Positions 8,972-19,310 of a stretch of 64,000 bases of DNA are shown piece after piece (the stretch's first letter is position 1; each line of letters opens with the position of its first letter). The notes beneath the pieces are model-generated. The model was not told the origin of the DNA and searched no databases. It worked only from the letters and a program-made list of their open reading frames with translations. The stretch comes from a virus: positions 96,001 to 160,000 of IMG/VR virus record IMGVR_UViG_3300032086_003797; one strand, written 5' to 3'. The position numbers were made by a program, and so were the translations under genes.

Positions 8972-10273
8972 ATGAAAACTATAGTTATCGATACCAACGT
9001 GTATCTTACCGATGTAAGGGCTTTGTACTCTTTTGGTCAACACAATATTGCAATCCCAACCATAGTGTTAGATGAGATTGACAAACATAAGCACAGACAA
9101 GATACAGCAGGTCTCAACGCTCGGACAATGAATCGAGTATTAGATTCCCTCAGAGCTAAAGGGAGTTTATTTGTAGGAGTGCAAATAGATGACAACTTAG
9201 GTAAGGTTTTCGCTGCGCAGTATGACCCAAGATATATGCCAGTTGGGATGAATTCAGGAGACTCAGATAATAAAATAATTTGTACTGCTCTTAGACTGAA
9301 GATGGAAGGTCGTGAGGTAGTAGTGGTGTCTCGTGACGTTAATATGCGTGTTAAATGTGATGCGTTTGGTGTGGTAGCATATGACTATCAGCCTGCTCAG
9401 GTTGTAGAATCGGTTGACAGACTCTATAGCGGCAAAGTTACATTAGAGGTACCGCCAGAAACTATTGACAAATTTTATCAACAAGGAGAGGTCGAGGCTC
9501 CTGAAGGTGTCAAATTATATCCTAATCAATTTGTTACCTTGAAGGCTCACGATGACGATAGCAAATCCGCAATAACAAGGTATATGGATGAGCATACACC
9601 CTTACAAAAGATCAACGCATATAAGAGGATTTGGGGACTGTCCCCAAGAAATACAGAACAAAAGTTTGCAATGGACTTGCTATTTGATAGAAGTGTTGAT
9701 ATAATATCCTTGACAGGGAAAGCAGGAACTGGTAAAACACTTATAGCAGCGGCATGTGGATTAGAACAAGTTATTAATAGCACAGCAGCTAAAGGTGGAT
9801 ATGATCGATTGATTGTCACCAGACCAGTGCAGCCAATGGGGAGAGACATTGGGTTTTTGCCTGGGACTTTAGAAGAAAAGATGATGCCTTGGATTGCCCC
9901 ACTGAAGGATAACTTAGAATATTTATTTGGTAATCGCATGGCTTTGGAAGAACAGATGGACCAAGGGACAGTGGAAATCGAAGCGATGACTTATATCCGT
10001 GGTCGTTCAATTGCCAATGCATTTATAATTGTAGATGAAGCACAAAATTTAACATCTCATGAATTAAAGACTATAATAACAAGAGTTGGAGATGGTACTA
10101 AATTAGTATTGACAGGTGATGTAGAACAGATAGACAATTCTTACGTTGATTCAGTCTCCAATGGACTAACCCATGCGGTAGAGAAATTTAAAGAGTATTC
10201 AATTGCAGGACATGTTACATTGAAAAAAGGGGAGAGAAGTAGGCTAGCAGGTATTGCTGCTGAAATATTATAA
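8972..10273 (+). CDS. phoH: PhoH-family ATPase with N-terminal PIN domain (PhoH2/YlaK type)
   Basis: IDTNV...VLDEID...D..II...SRD PIN motifs; GKAGTGKT Walker A; IGFLPG, YIRGRS, DEAQN, TGD.EQID PhoH motifs. Confidence 0.93.
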   Translation: MKTIVIDTNVYLTDVRALYSFGQHNIAIPTIVLDEIDKHKHRQDTAGLNARTMNRVLDSLRAKGSLFVGVQIDDNLGKVFAAQYDPRYMPVGMNSGDSDNKIICTALRLKMEGREVVVVSRDVNMRVKCDAFGVVAYDYQPAQVVESVDRLYSGKVTLEVPPETIDKFYQQGEVEAPEGVKLYPNQFVTLKAHDDDSKSAITRYMDEHTPLQKINAYKRIWGLSPRNTEQKFAMDLLFDRSVDIISLTGKAGTGKTLIAAACGLEQVINSTAAKGGYDRLIVTRPVQPMGRDIGFLPGTLEEKMMPWIAPLKDNLEYLFGNRMALEEQMDQGTVEIEAMTYIRGRSIANAFIIVDEAQNLTSHELKTIITRVGDGTKLVLTGDVEQIDNSYVDSVSNGLTHAVEKFKEYSIAGHVTLKKGERSRLAGIAAEIL

Positions 10274-10965
10274 TGAGTACAGAAAACTATATTCGTAAAA
10301 CATCCAATGTTATTAGAGAAAGCATGTCTATCAATCAAGTGGGTATCGATATCGGCGCAGACATACCAAATGACATAAACCTATCTAAGGTATTAATTAC
10401 TCTCAAAGGTTCTGTACCAAGTGCATATTTTAAGAAGCTGGAAGGCATCAAGGTAGTTGACTTAGAAGAGTTCGACAGAAGAAATATTAGCGCAAAGTAT
10501 TCATCAGGCGATCATATTCTATATGTTAGTGCTAAGCGACAAGATGACAATGCTGATATGTTGGATGATCTAATACACGAGATAGGACATCATGCCGAAT
10601 ACCTATATGACGATTTTATATATGGCGATAATATTATCAGAGATGAGTTTGAAATGAAACGAATGGAACTACGATTTGAGGTTGCTGCCGATGGTTATGA
10701 TTACACTCAATTTGATTTCAAAGATACAGCCTACAATCCAGATTTTGATACATTCTTATACAAGAGGATTGGCAAAGAAAAAATTAAGATGATGACTGCT
10801 GGCATGTTTGTTAGACCATACCAAGCCATGTCACTGCGTGAATATTTTGCAGTCGGGTTTGAGCAATATTATCTTGGTAATCATAAAACTTTACATCGTG
10901 ACTGTCCTGTGTTATATAAAAGACTAGAAGAGCTAGACTCAGAAGCCAGAAAAGAAAGTAGATAA
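10273..10965 (+). CDS. Putative zinc metallopeptidase (HExxH)
   Basis: LIHEIGHH plus downstream REYFAVGF (third-ligand Glu pattern). Confidence 0.6.
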   Translation: MSTENYIRKTSNVIRESMSINQVGIDIGADIPNDINLSKVLITLKGSVPSAYFKKLEGIKVVDLEEFDRRNISAKYSSGDHILYVSAKRQDDNADMLDDLIHEIGHHAEYLYDDFIYGDNIIRDEFEMKRMELRFEVAADGYDYTQFDFKDTAYNPDFDTFLYKRIGKEKIKMMTAGMFVRPYQAMSLREYFAVGFEQYYLGNHKTLHRDCPVLYKRLEELDSEARKESR

Positions 10966-11796
10966 GTGAAAAAACACATCTCTTATTCCGAGTGGAAGGA
11001 CTGGTCCATCTGTCCTTATTATCATAAATTAGTACATATTGATAAGCTCAAAGGCTTTGAGGGCAATATCTACACAGCTTTCGGAAAAGCTCTGCACGAG
11101 ACGATTGAAGTTGATATCGTAAAAGATAAGGTAGGTAACATTGATGAAATGGTTAGAAACTTCCAGTCCATTCTTAAGAAAGAAATAAAGAGCTTACCTG
11201 AAGAAGAAAAAAAGCGCATACTATCAGACTTTGATATCAAGTCTTGGTTATCTCAAGGAACTGAAATTGTCAAAGAAGTATATTCTGCTCTGACAGAAAG
11301 GTTTGGCGACTACGGCATTGGCTGGGAAGTATTAGCGGCTGAAGAGAAACTTTATGAGGATGTAAACTATTTTGACACAAAGAAGAAGTTCAAAGGGTTC
11401 ATTGATCTTGTGGTGTATAACAAACATGATGAAAAAATATACCTGATTGATTGGAAGACTACTTCGTGGGGATGGAATAGTAAAAAGAAATCAGATTCAA
11501 CCTTGGCATATCAGCTAGCGTTTTATAAGTATTTCTATTCACAAAAGTATGAAGTGGATATGAAAGATGTAGAAACCTATTTTGTGCTACTAAAAAGGAC
11601 TGCCAAGGTTGGAAAGAAGGTAGAATTTGTTAGAGTTACCACTGGTCCTAAAAGAATCGAAAATGCTCTTAACACTTTGAAGAAAGCCATCTATAATATA
11701 GATCGAGGCAATTATATCAAGAATAAACTAAACTGTACAAACTGTCAGAAGAGGTTTGGAAACTGCACGTTTTACAATACAGAGTATTGTCCATAG
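10966..11796 (+). CDS. PD-(D/E)XK exonuclease, Cas4/RecB-like
   Basis: ISYS...CP, G.ALH, GFIDLV...IDWKT, QLAFY, and a C-terminal Cys cluster (CTNC...C...CP). Confidence 0.85.
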   Translation: MKKHISYSEWKDWSICPYYHKLVHIDKLKGFEGNIYTAFGKALHETIEVDIVKDKVGNIDEMVRNFQSILKKEIKSLPEEEKKRILSDFDIKSWLSQGTEIVKEVYSALTERFGDYGIGWEVLAAEEKLYEDVNYFDTKKKFKGFIDLVVYNKHDEKIYLIDWKTTSWGWNSKKKSDSTLAYQLAFYKYFYSQKYEVDMKDVETYFVLLKRTAKVGKKVEFVRVTTGPKRIENALNTLKKAIYNIDRGNYIKNKLNCTNCQKRFGNCTFYNTEYCP

Positions 11797-11808
11797 GAGG
11801 AACAAGAC

Positions 11809-13065
11809 TTGGCAGATAAAAAAATAAAAATACTAACCCTGAGTGACCATCCGCTCTTACCATCAGGGGTAGCTACGCAGACAAAGTATATCATCGAGGC
11901 TTTGTTAAAAACTGGTAAGTTTTCTATCCTGTCTTTGGGCGGCGCTGTAAAGCATAATAATTACAACCCCACTAAGACTGAAGAGTATGGGGACGATTGG
12001 GTGATCATACCAGTGGATGGTTATGGTACTCCCGATCATATCAGAAGTATCCTGCATAATGAAAAGATCGATATGATTTATTTCATGACAGATCCACGTT
12101 TCTATGGGTGGTTGTGGGAGATGGAGGATGAAATACGACCTCTAGTACCTATGGTCTACTATCATGTATGGGATAATAAACCATATCCAACCTTCAACAA
12201 AAGATGGTACGAGTCTACGGATGTGATAGCTACTATATCAAAAGTAACAAGTGATATAGTACAGACAGTTTCTCCAGACGTGGAAGAACATTATATTCCT
12301 CATGCAGTCGATGAGAAAATATTTAGAAAACTTAAAGATGAAGAAATAGCAATTGTAAGAGCTAACAACCCACTAACTAAGGGTAAGTTTGTAGCTTCCT
12401 GGGTTAATAGAAACGCTAGAAGAAAACAGAGTGGCACACTTTTATTCTGGTGGAAAGAATTCTGCGATCGAGTTGGGCATGATAAAGCAGTATTAGTAAT
12501 GCATACGGACCTAAGAGATCCACATGGTCAACCACTAGATGTATTAGCGGGACATCTTGGACTTGATAAGGGACAAGTGATGTTTTCAACAGAAAAGATT
12601 GCACCTGAACACTTATCAACAATTTATAATATGGCAGATGTTGCCATCAATATATCTGATGCTGAGGGATTCGGCTTAGGAACTCTAGAAGCATTATCAT
12701 GTGAGACCCCAATTATTGTTAATATGACAGGCGGCTTACAAGAGCAGGTTACAGATGGTAAGGAATGGTTTGGTGTAGGTATTGAACCTGCATCTAAGGC
12801 TATCATTGGTTCTCCGCAGGTTCCATGGATATACGAAGATAGGATGAACAAGGATGATTTTGTGAATGCCCTAGAAAAAATGTATAATATGACACATGAA
12901 GAACGCCAAGAGTTAGGCAAAAAAGGTGCCGCTCATGTAAAGAAAAATTATGGGTTTGATAAATTTCAAAAACGCTGGGTTGATCTTATGTTAGATATAC
13001 ATGAAAGACATGGCTCGTGGGATACGAGAAAAGGATATAAAGCTTGGGAGGTAATAGACCTGTGA
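11809..13065 (+). CDS. Glycosyltransferase family 4 (GT-B)
   Basis: NRNARRK...YNMADV....SDAEGFGLGTLEALSC..PII; TTG start after AGGAGG. Confidence 0.9.
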   Translation: MADKKIKILTLSDHPLLPSGVATQTKYIIEALLKTGKFSILSLGGAVKHNNYNPTKTEEYGDDWVIIPVDGYGTPDHIRSILHNEKIDMIYFMTDPRFYGWLWEMEDEIRPLVPMVYYHVWDNKPYPTFNKRWYESTDVIATISKVTSDIVQTVSPDVEEHYIPHAVDEKIFRKLKDEEIAIVRANNPLTKGKFVASWVNRNARRKQSGTLLFWWKEFCDRVGHDKAVLVMHTDLRDPHGQPLDVLAGHLGLDKGQVMFSTEKIAPEHLSTIYNMADVAINISDAEGFGLGTLEALSCETPIIVNMTGGLQEQVTDGKEWFGVGIEPASKAIIGSPQVPWIYEDRMNKDDFVNALEKMYNMTHEERQELGKKGAAHVKKNYGFDKFQKRWVDLMLDIHERHGSWDTRKGYKAWEVIDL

Positions 13066-14315
13066 AAAAAGTATTTGTTAGAGCGCCAGTACTGACAAGA
13101 AGTGGGTATGGCGAACACGCTAGGATGATTGTAGATGCATTATCAACCAGACCAGAGTTATTTGATATATATTTAGAACCAATCAATTGGGGTAATACCC
13201 CATGGATCACAGATCACGATCATAGAAGGAAATATTATGATTTCCTCACCAGAAAGAAACAAACCTACCAGGGACCGTTCGATCTATCAGTGCAAGTATC
13301 CATACCTCCAGAGTTCAAAAAATATGCTACTAAAAATATCGGCATCACAGCAGGCATAGAGACTGATCGAGTTTCCCCTAGTTGGATCAACTTTGCAAAT
13401 CAAATGGATTTAATGATCGTAACTTCCAAACATGCACAAGATGGCTTTATGAGAAATGATGTTCAGGCACAAATGCCTAATGGTCATAAAGTCCCACTCA
13501 AGTACAACGTGAATACAAAGGTAATTAATTACCCTGTAAAATATACAGAACCAGAAGACTTATCAGAATCGCTTCAGTTACCTAATGATTTCAACTTCCT
13601 TACAATTTCACAGTGGGGTCCGAGGAAGAATTTACCTGCATTGGTTAAATGGTTTGTTGAAGAATTTCATGATGAGGGTGTAGGCTTAGTGGTAAAAACA
13701 AATAAAGCTAAAAACTGCCTGTCTGACAGGATGGTATGCACTGACATGATGAAGAGTATTCTAAAGTCATTCCCAGATAAGAAATGTAGTGTACATCTTT
13801 TACATGGAAGTATGACAGAGGAAGAGATTCATGGTATTTATCTACACCCTAAAATCAAAGCATATGTTACTACAACACATGGCGAAGGTTATGGACTGCC
13901 TTTGTTTGAGGCAGCATACAGTGGAATGCCGATAGCAGCACCAGGCTGGTCGGGTCAAATGGATTTCTTATGTATCGATAAAAAGAAAAAGAATGGCAAG
14001 TCAAGTAGGCAAACTATGTTTGAAAAGATCGGTTATGATTTAGCTCCTATTCAACAAGAGGCAGTTTGGGAAAATGTTCTTGAGAAAGATAGTCAGTGGT
14101 GCTACCCAAAAGAGCATAAAACAAAATCTGCTATGAGGAAGCTGTATACAAATTATAGTGCTAAGAAGAACACAGCCAATGTATTGAAAGAATCCTTATT
14201 TGAGACACATTCAGAAGAAATAATCCAAAAGAAAGTAGTGGATGCAATTTTAGACGTCTGTCCTGATACTAGCAAGGGTTGGCAGTCTGAAATAGCTGAA
14301 GTTGGTACGTTATAA
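13062..14315 (+). CDS. Glycosyltransferase family 4 (GT-B)
   Basis: SGYG.HAR, RKNL, HGEGYGLPLFEAAYSG.P; GTG 13062 follows GGAGG and overlaps the previous TGA. Confidence 0.9.
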   Translation: MKKVFVRAPVLTRSGYGEHARMIVDALSTRPELFDIYLEPINWGNTPWITDHDHRRKYYDFLTRKKQTYQGPFDLSVQVSIPPEFKKYATKNIGITAGIETDRVSPSWINFANQMDLMIVTSKHAQDGFMRNDVQAQMPNGHKVPLKYNVNTKVINYPVKYTEPEDLSESLQLPNDFNFLTISQWGPRKNLPALVKWFVEEFHDEGVGLVVKTNKAKNCLSDRMVCTDMMKSILKSFPDKKCSVHLLHGSMTEEEIHGIYLHPKIKAYVTTTHGEGYGLPLFEAAYSGMPIAAPGWSGQMDFLCIDKKKKNGKSSRQTMFEKIGYDLAPIQQEAVWENVLEKDSQWCYPKEHKTKSAMRKLYTNYSAKKNTANVLKESLFETHSEEIIQKKVVDAILDVCPDTSKGWQSEIAEVGTL

Positions 14316-15958
14316 TGAATTTTATTTTTATAGCAGACGTCTTTGCAGATGAAATACCAGGCGGCGGTGAGCTTGTTAATGATCTTGTGTGCCAAGGTCT
14401 AGAGAATAGGGGTCACCATGTTAGGAAAGTTAGATCAGAAAATCTAACGCCAGTGGATCTAGAGAACGCCATTATGAATGGGCAGTGTGTTATATTAGCT
14501 AATCACCTATTAGTATCAGACAGATGTAAGCAAATGCTTCGAGATTTATCAATGAACAGTAATAAATTTCGTTTTATAATATATGAACATGATCATAAAT
14601 ATATTGAAGGCAGAGATCCATCTAAATATGAAAACTTTACTGCACCTGACCCAACACACATAAATGGTCCAGGTCTGTACGCTACTGCTAAGGTATTATG
14701 CCAAAGTAAAATTCATAAAGACGTATTACAAAGAAATATTTCTGTAGCAGATGCGGTTAATCTTGAATGCTCTATTTGGAGTGATAATTTTATTGAGGCT
14801 GCGGAGAACTTAAAAATTGTAAAGACAAAATCTGCGGCAATATTGAAGTCTACAAACCCAACTAAAAACCAAATTGCAGCAGAAATGTATTGCAGAAGCA
14901 ATAATATTGAGTATGATTTAGTTGCTGCGGATAACCCAGTAGAACTTCTCAAGGTATTATCTCAATATGAGAAGTTTGTATTTTTCCCAGCGGTGCTGGA
15001 GACATTCTGTCGAACCATAGTAGAAGCAAAATTAGCTGGGTGCAAGATCATTACAAACCCAAAACTTCTTGGGGTCGCAAGTGAGGAATGGTTTACTAGC
15101 GGCACTAGAGAAGATATAATAAACAAAATGAAGGGCTCGCTTGATAATACATTAGATATAATAGAAAACACTTTTAAAGAAGCCAGTTTACGGCATGAAA
15201 CTCCTGAAGCTCTGGGCTCTGACATAACAGTAATTCTCAATTCTTATCGCCGCCCATATAATTTAGAGAAACAGATAAAGGCAATCAGGGAACAGTCTGC
15301 TCCACCAAAAGAAATATGGTTATGGATCAATGATCATGAAGATAACAGAGATTTTGATCATACTAAATTAGACGTTGATAGAATATTCCACAATAATCAC
15401 AATTGGAAGTTTTACGGTCGATTTGCAGCGGCACTTCTAGCAGATACAGAGTTTATTGCTATCTTCGATGATGACACAATACCAGGCAGTGATTGGTTTT
15501 CATGTTGCTACAAATCGTTTGCCCACAGGCAAGCTATTCTTGGTAGTGCAGGGGTGGTGCTAAATAGTTCTGAGTCATACGCTGATCATGACCGAGTTGG
15601 CTGGCCTAGCCAAAATAAGGATATGGAAAGAGTTGACTTAGTAGGTCATGCTTGGTTCTTCAAAAGAGATTGGTTACAATATTTATGGAGAGAAAAGCCA
15701 TATACTTGGGACAACGGAGAAGATATACAATTTTCATATCTAGCGCAAAAATATGGAGGTATTGAAACATATGTACCTCCTCATCCCCCAGGTATGCCAC
15801 ATTTACATGGGTCAATTTTAGGTAATGAACTAGGGATTGATGACAAGGCGACATCAACAAACAGTGCAGTCTCTCATGAGCAATTCTTTAGCGAGAGAGA
15901 CCGCTGCGTCAAAAACGCTATCCAAGGTGGATGGGCGACAGTTAGGAACCTAAAGTGA
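14315..15958 (+). CDS. Bifunctional glycosyltransferase: GT-B-like N-terminus + GT2 (GT-A) C-terminus
   Basis: GGGEL...ETFCRTIVEAKLAGC (GT4-like ExF..EA). Then ITVILNSYRR...FDDD...GEDIQFS (GT-A DxD and ED motifs). Confidence 0.8.
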   Translation: MNFIFIADVFADEIPGGGELVNDLVCQGLENRGHHVRKVRSENLTPVDLENAIMNGQCVILANHLLVSDRCKQMLRDLSMNSNKFRFIIYEHDHKYIEGRDPSKYENFTAPDPTHINGPGLYATAKVLCQSKIHKDVLQRNISVADAVNLECSIWSDNFIEAAENLKIVKTKSAAILKSTNPTKNQIAAEMYCRSNNIEYDLVAADNPVELLKVLSQYEKFVFFPAVLETFCRTIVEAKLAGCKIITNPKLLGVASEEWFTSGTREDIINKMKGSLDNTLDIIENTFKEASLRHETPEALGSDITVILNSYRRPYNLEKQIKAIREQSAPPKEIWLWINDHEDNRDFDHTKLDVDRIFHNNHNWKFYGRFAAALLADTEFIAIFDDDTIPGSDWFSCCYKSFAHRQAILGSAGVVLNSSESYADHDRVGWPSQNKDMERVDLVGHAWFFKRDWLQYLWREKPYTWDNGEDIQFSYLAQKYGGIETYVPPHPPGMPHLHGSILGNELGIDDKATSTNSAVSHEQFFSERDRCVKNAIQGGWATVRNLK

Positions 15959-16743
15959 AAGATTTTAAGCAAGAGTTTGATAAATTCAAGTCAAAGATAG
16001 AATCGGGAGAAAACTTTGCATTTGCTAGGTTTTCAGATGGTGAAATGTTCATCATGCAAAATCAAACAGTTGTTTTAGCCCCTGGTTATTTTGTTACGGG
16101 TGATCGTATTGGGCACAACATATACACTAAAGAAGAGCAGAAAGAATTCCTACCAAATAAACATCAGTTCCACCGTGAAAAGCTTATTGAAAGCTTTCAA
16201 TACAAAGCTGATAACTATTACAAAGGGATTTGTACTAAAACAGATGTCGGAGAAGAAAATTTCAAGTGGCAGATGGATCTCCATGGAGAAGGATATGAAA
16301 AAAACCTTACATTTGCTAATGTGTTCATAAACTCAAATTACCCCAGGTATGTAGAGGAAGTGGTCCCACTGTTTAAAAATAGGGATATTATTTATGTTGT
16401 CAATGAGTTGGCGGATTTATCTGGCTTGCCTTTCAAGGTAAAGAAAGAATTTCGTATAGGAAGCAACTGCATGGTTGACAATTATGATACAGTAGAGCAA
16501 GTCAAAGAATATATCGAAAAGAATAATGTCAAGGACCATATTATTCTTTGTTCAGCCGCTAGTTTAAGCAACTTTATAATACATCAATGTTTTATGGAGA
16601 ATCAGAACAATACATTCTTAGACACTGGCAGTGCTCTGAATCCTTACCAAAATTTGGAAGGCTGGCGCTTTACTAGAGGGTATCTAACCTCATATTGGAT
16701 GAAGAGTGATAGTCAGTATGGAAATCAAGTTGATGAGTGGTAA
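15955..16743 (+). CDS. GT-D fold (DUF1792-like) putative glycosyltransferase
   Basis: FARFSDGE N-terminal motif and late LDTGS motif. Confidence 0.55.
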   Translation: MKDFKQEFDKFKSKIESGENFAFARFSDGEMFIMQNQTVVLAPGYFVTGDRIGHNIYTKEEQKEFLPNKHQFHREKLIESFQYKADNYYKGICTKTDVGEENFKWQMDLHGEGYEKNLTFANVFINSNYPRYVEEVVPLFKNRDIIYVVNELADLSGLPFKVKKEFRIGSNCMVDNYDTVEQVKEYIEKNNVKDHIILCSAASLSNFIIHQCFMENQNNTFLDTGSALNPYQNLEGWRFTRGYLTSYWMKSDSQYGNQVDEW

Positions 16744-17146
16744 ATTAAGAGTTGCTATTTGTAAAACAGAACACTGGGAATTCATTCGTAATCTACGGAA
16801 CCATCCTGATGTTAAACAAGGGTTTATACAACAAGAAGAAATCCTCCCAGCAACACATAAAAAGTATATGAAGCAACATTCTCGAAACTATTGGGTTTTG
16901 CTGAAGGATAATATACCTGTTGGGTTTGTTGGCAGTATTGAAGGTGATATAAGAGTAGCTGTACTGCCTGAGGAAAGTGGGAATGGTTACGGTAAAATAC
17001 TTATTAATCATGTAATGGAACAAAAGCCATATTCACATGCTAAGGTTAAGATTGCAAATGATGCTAGTCTTAAACTATTCGAGTCATGCGGCTTTAAAAA
17101 GAGATATTATATTTTGGAAAAAGAAGATGAAACAGAATCCATATGA
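16733..17146 (+). CDS. GNAT N-acetyltransferase (PseH-like)
   Basis: LRNHPDV..., G.GYGK acetyl-CoA motif, N.ASLKLFE.CGF. Confidence 0.8.
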   Translation: MSGKLRVAICKTEHWEFIRNLRNHPDVKQGFIQQEEILPATHKKYMKQHSRNYWVLLKDNIPVGFVGSIEGDIRVAVLPEESGNGYGKILINHVMEQKPYSHAKVKIANDASLKLFESCGFKKRYYILEKEDETESI

Positions 17147-17747
17147 AGTAGTAAAGATGTTTGAGCAATCGGTAGCTGATTATACAGGAGCACCTTATGC
17201 GGTATCATTAGACTCCTGTACTAATGCCTTGTTTTTGTGTTGTATGTTTGAGGGCGTCAACGGTAAAGAAGTAACAATACCTAGACAAACTTATCTATCA
17301 GTACCGCAATCCATTATGCACGCTGGTGGAGAGGTGGTATTTGAAGACCTGCGTTGGCAAGGAATCTATCAGTTGAAACCATTCCCAATCTTTGATGCAG
17401 CTAAAAGATTTACTTCGGATATGTATAGACCTGGCACGCATATGTGTTTATCTTTTCATATTAAAAAGCACCTTAAGATCAGTAAAGGTGGGATGATCCT
17501 TACAGACAGCAAAGAAATGGCAGATTGGGCTAGAGAAGCTAGATATGAAGGTCGAAGTGAAGGAGTGAGGTATCAAGACGATGATATTAAGATGTTAGGG
17601 TGGAATATGTATATGACTCCGCAACAAGCGACACACGGCTTAACTCTGATGCAAAACTTCCCAAGGATAAATCCAGATATCCCAGAATCACCACCATATA
17701 GAGACTTAACAGAATTTACTTTATTTAAGGATTGTAAGACAAAATGA
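17127..17747 (+). CDS. Short DegT/DnrJ/EryC1/StrS sugar aminotransferase
   Basis: FE..VA.YTG..YAV..DSCTNAL, DAA, SFHIKKHL...GGMI.T; only about 206 aa. Confidence 0.8.
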   Translation: MKQNPYEVVKMFEQSVADYTGAPYAVSLDSCTNALFLCCMFEGVNGKEVTIPRQTYLSVPQSIMHAGGEVVFEDLRWQGIYQLKPFPIFDAAKRFTSDMYRPGTHMCLSFHIKKHLKISKGGMILTDSKEMADWAREARYEGRSEGVRYQDDDIKMLGWNMYMTPQQATHGLTLMQNFPRINPDIPESPPYRDLTEFTLFKDCKTK

Positions 17748-18574
17748 AAATTGCACTATGTTTCCATGGCTACTTTATAAACAGCGGCGGTGATAATGCT
17801 GCCTTTGCTTCTTGGGAATACCTAAAAAGAAAAGTGATAAACAATAATAATGTAGATGTATTTTTTCACTGTTGGGAACAAGGCGACAGCGTAAAAAAAA
17901 TGATACACCATATGTATGATCCTGTCAAGATAGAATATGATAAGCAGAAAGATTTCAAAGAAGAAATGGAATCTATGGATCAATCTTGGTTTGATGACGG
18001 CTTTGACCGCAGCGGAACAATGTATAAGAGCAATTCAATATTCCAAACCTTTAGTTTTCTATACTCCCGTAAAAGAGTCCTTGAATTGAAGTCCGAGCAC
18101 GAGAGTGAAAACAACTTTACATATGATGCGGTAATATTAGCCAGGACGGATATAGGCACTAGGGGCAAAGAACACCCACAGACATATTATGTAACTAATC
18201 TTAATTTTGATCCAACCTCTGACATGAATAGACTTCACGCTGCTTATTGGAATCAGATGAACTGGGGATATGCTGACCACTGGTTTTATTCTAATAGTAA
18301 AAACATGGACCTAGTTGGCACTGCATATGATAAAATCCAGACCTATTATAAACCAGGTAGTGATTATTATAAATCTATTACAGAAGGCTGGTTTGATAGT
18401 AATGCAGAGGATGAATTTAGCAACGAGCAGGAAAAGCCAAAAGATTATCGAACAGATAAGTTAGTTAAATTTGACAAATGGCAATGTATCGATAATCATA
18501 AATTTTATAAATGGTTTTTTAATGACATCGGATTATATGATAAAACTAAGTTCGTTGATATAACAGGTGAATGA
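17744..18574 (+). CDS. Hypothetical glycan-cluster protein (KIALCF.G...R.D type, putative glycosyltransferase)
   Basis: MKIALCFHG...DVFFHCW...YDAVILARTD...DHWF pattern seen in viral and bacterial glycan loci. Confidence 0.5.
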   Translation: MKIALCFHGYFINSGGDNAAFASWEYLKRKVINNNNVDVFFHCWEQGDSVKKMIHHMYDPVKIEYDKQKDFKEEMESMDQSWFDDGFDRSGTMYKSNSIFQTFSFLYSRKRVLELKSEHESENNFTYDAVILARTDIGTRGKEHPQTYYVTNLNFDPTSDMNRLHAAYWNQMNWGYADHWFYSNSKNMDLVGTAYDKIQTYYKPGSDYYKSITEGWFDSNAEDEFSNEQEKPKDYRTDKLVKFDKWQCIDNHKFYKWFFNDIGLYDKTKFVDITGE

Positions 18575-19310
18575 TATGAAAAGCACAGCTATTATCATGT
18601 ATTCGCATAGCGATTATAGTGATATATGGGAAATGTTTACAAGTCAGGTTGACAAATATTTCAAAGACATAAAAAGATACGCATTTATCGATAAAGATGT
18701 AAATAAAATTTTACCTGATCATTGGGAGCAGGTCTGCTATAACGAAGAGGAACAATATGATAGAAGAGTGCAGTCTTGCCTTACAAGTGTAAAAGAGGAA
18801 TATTGCATTTTCCATCACGAAGATATGGTCCTATTTGATACTCCAGACTACGCCAAGTTGGAAAAATGTAAATCAATTTTAGAGGATGAAGATATAAGTT
18901 ATATAAAACTTATAAAAGGTGGGTTATATAGTGATCACCATCAAGACATACAGTTCAACAACTATGATGGGATTTATTTATTAGAACATAGCACTAGCTT
19001 TATGTTTGCAGTCCAACCATCTTTATGGAGAACCGAAGACTTACTTGAGGTATATTCAGAGACAGATATTGATAAAATACATGAATTTGAAGTAATGGCA
19101 TCTCAGGTGTGCAAACAATTTAACATTGATGGTCTTTACGCATATAATGGTGAAAAGAAACGTGGCATGTTTCATTGGGATTCAAGCATCTACCCTTATG
19201 TTGCTACAGCAATCGTGAAGGGTAAGTGGAACATTTCAGAATATGAGAAAGAGATGACTCTTTTACTAGAACAGTACAATATTGAAAAAGAGGATAGAGG
19301 GTTTGTATGA
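18567..19310 (+). CDS. Putative glycosyltransferase-like protein
   Basis: YSDIW...FHHED...QPSLW...FE...IVKGKW pattern; glycan-cluster context. Confidence 0.45.
   Translation: MNDMKSTAIIMYSHSDYSDIWEMFTSQVDKYFKDIKRYAFIDKDVNKILPDHWEQVCYNEEEQYDRRVQSCLTSVKEEYCIFHHEDMVLFDTPDYAKLEKCKSILEDEDISYIKLIKGGLYSDHHQDIQFNNYDGIYLLEHSTSFMFAVQPSLWRTEDLLEVYSETDIDKIHEFEVMASQVCKQFNIDGLYAYNGEKKRGMFHWDSSIYPYVATAIVKGKWNISEYEKEMTLLLEQYNIEKEDRGFV

Noticed and set aside
10966-11796. Cas4-like gene as part of a CRISPR-Cas system
   Set aside because: No repeat-spacer array or other cas genes seen; solo Cas4/RecB-like nucleases are common in phages.
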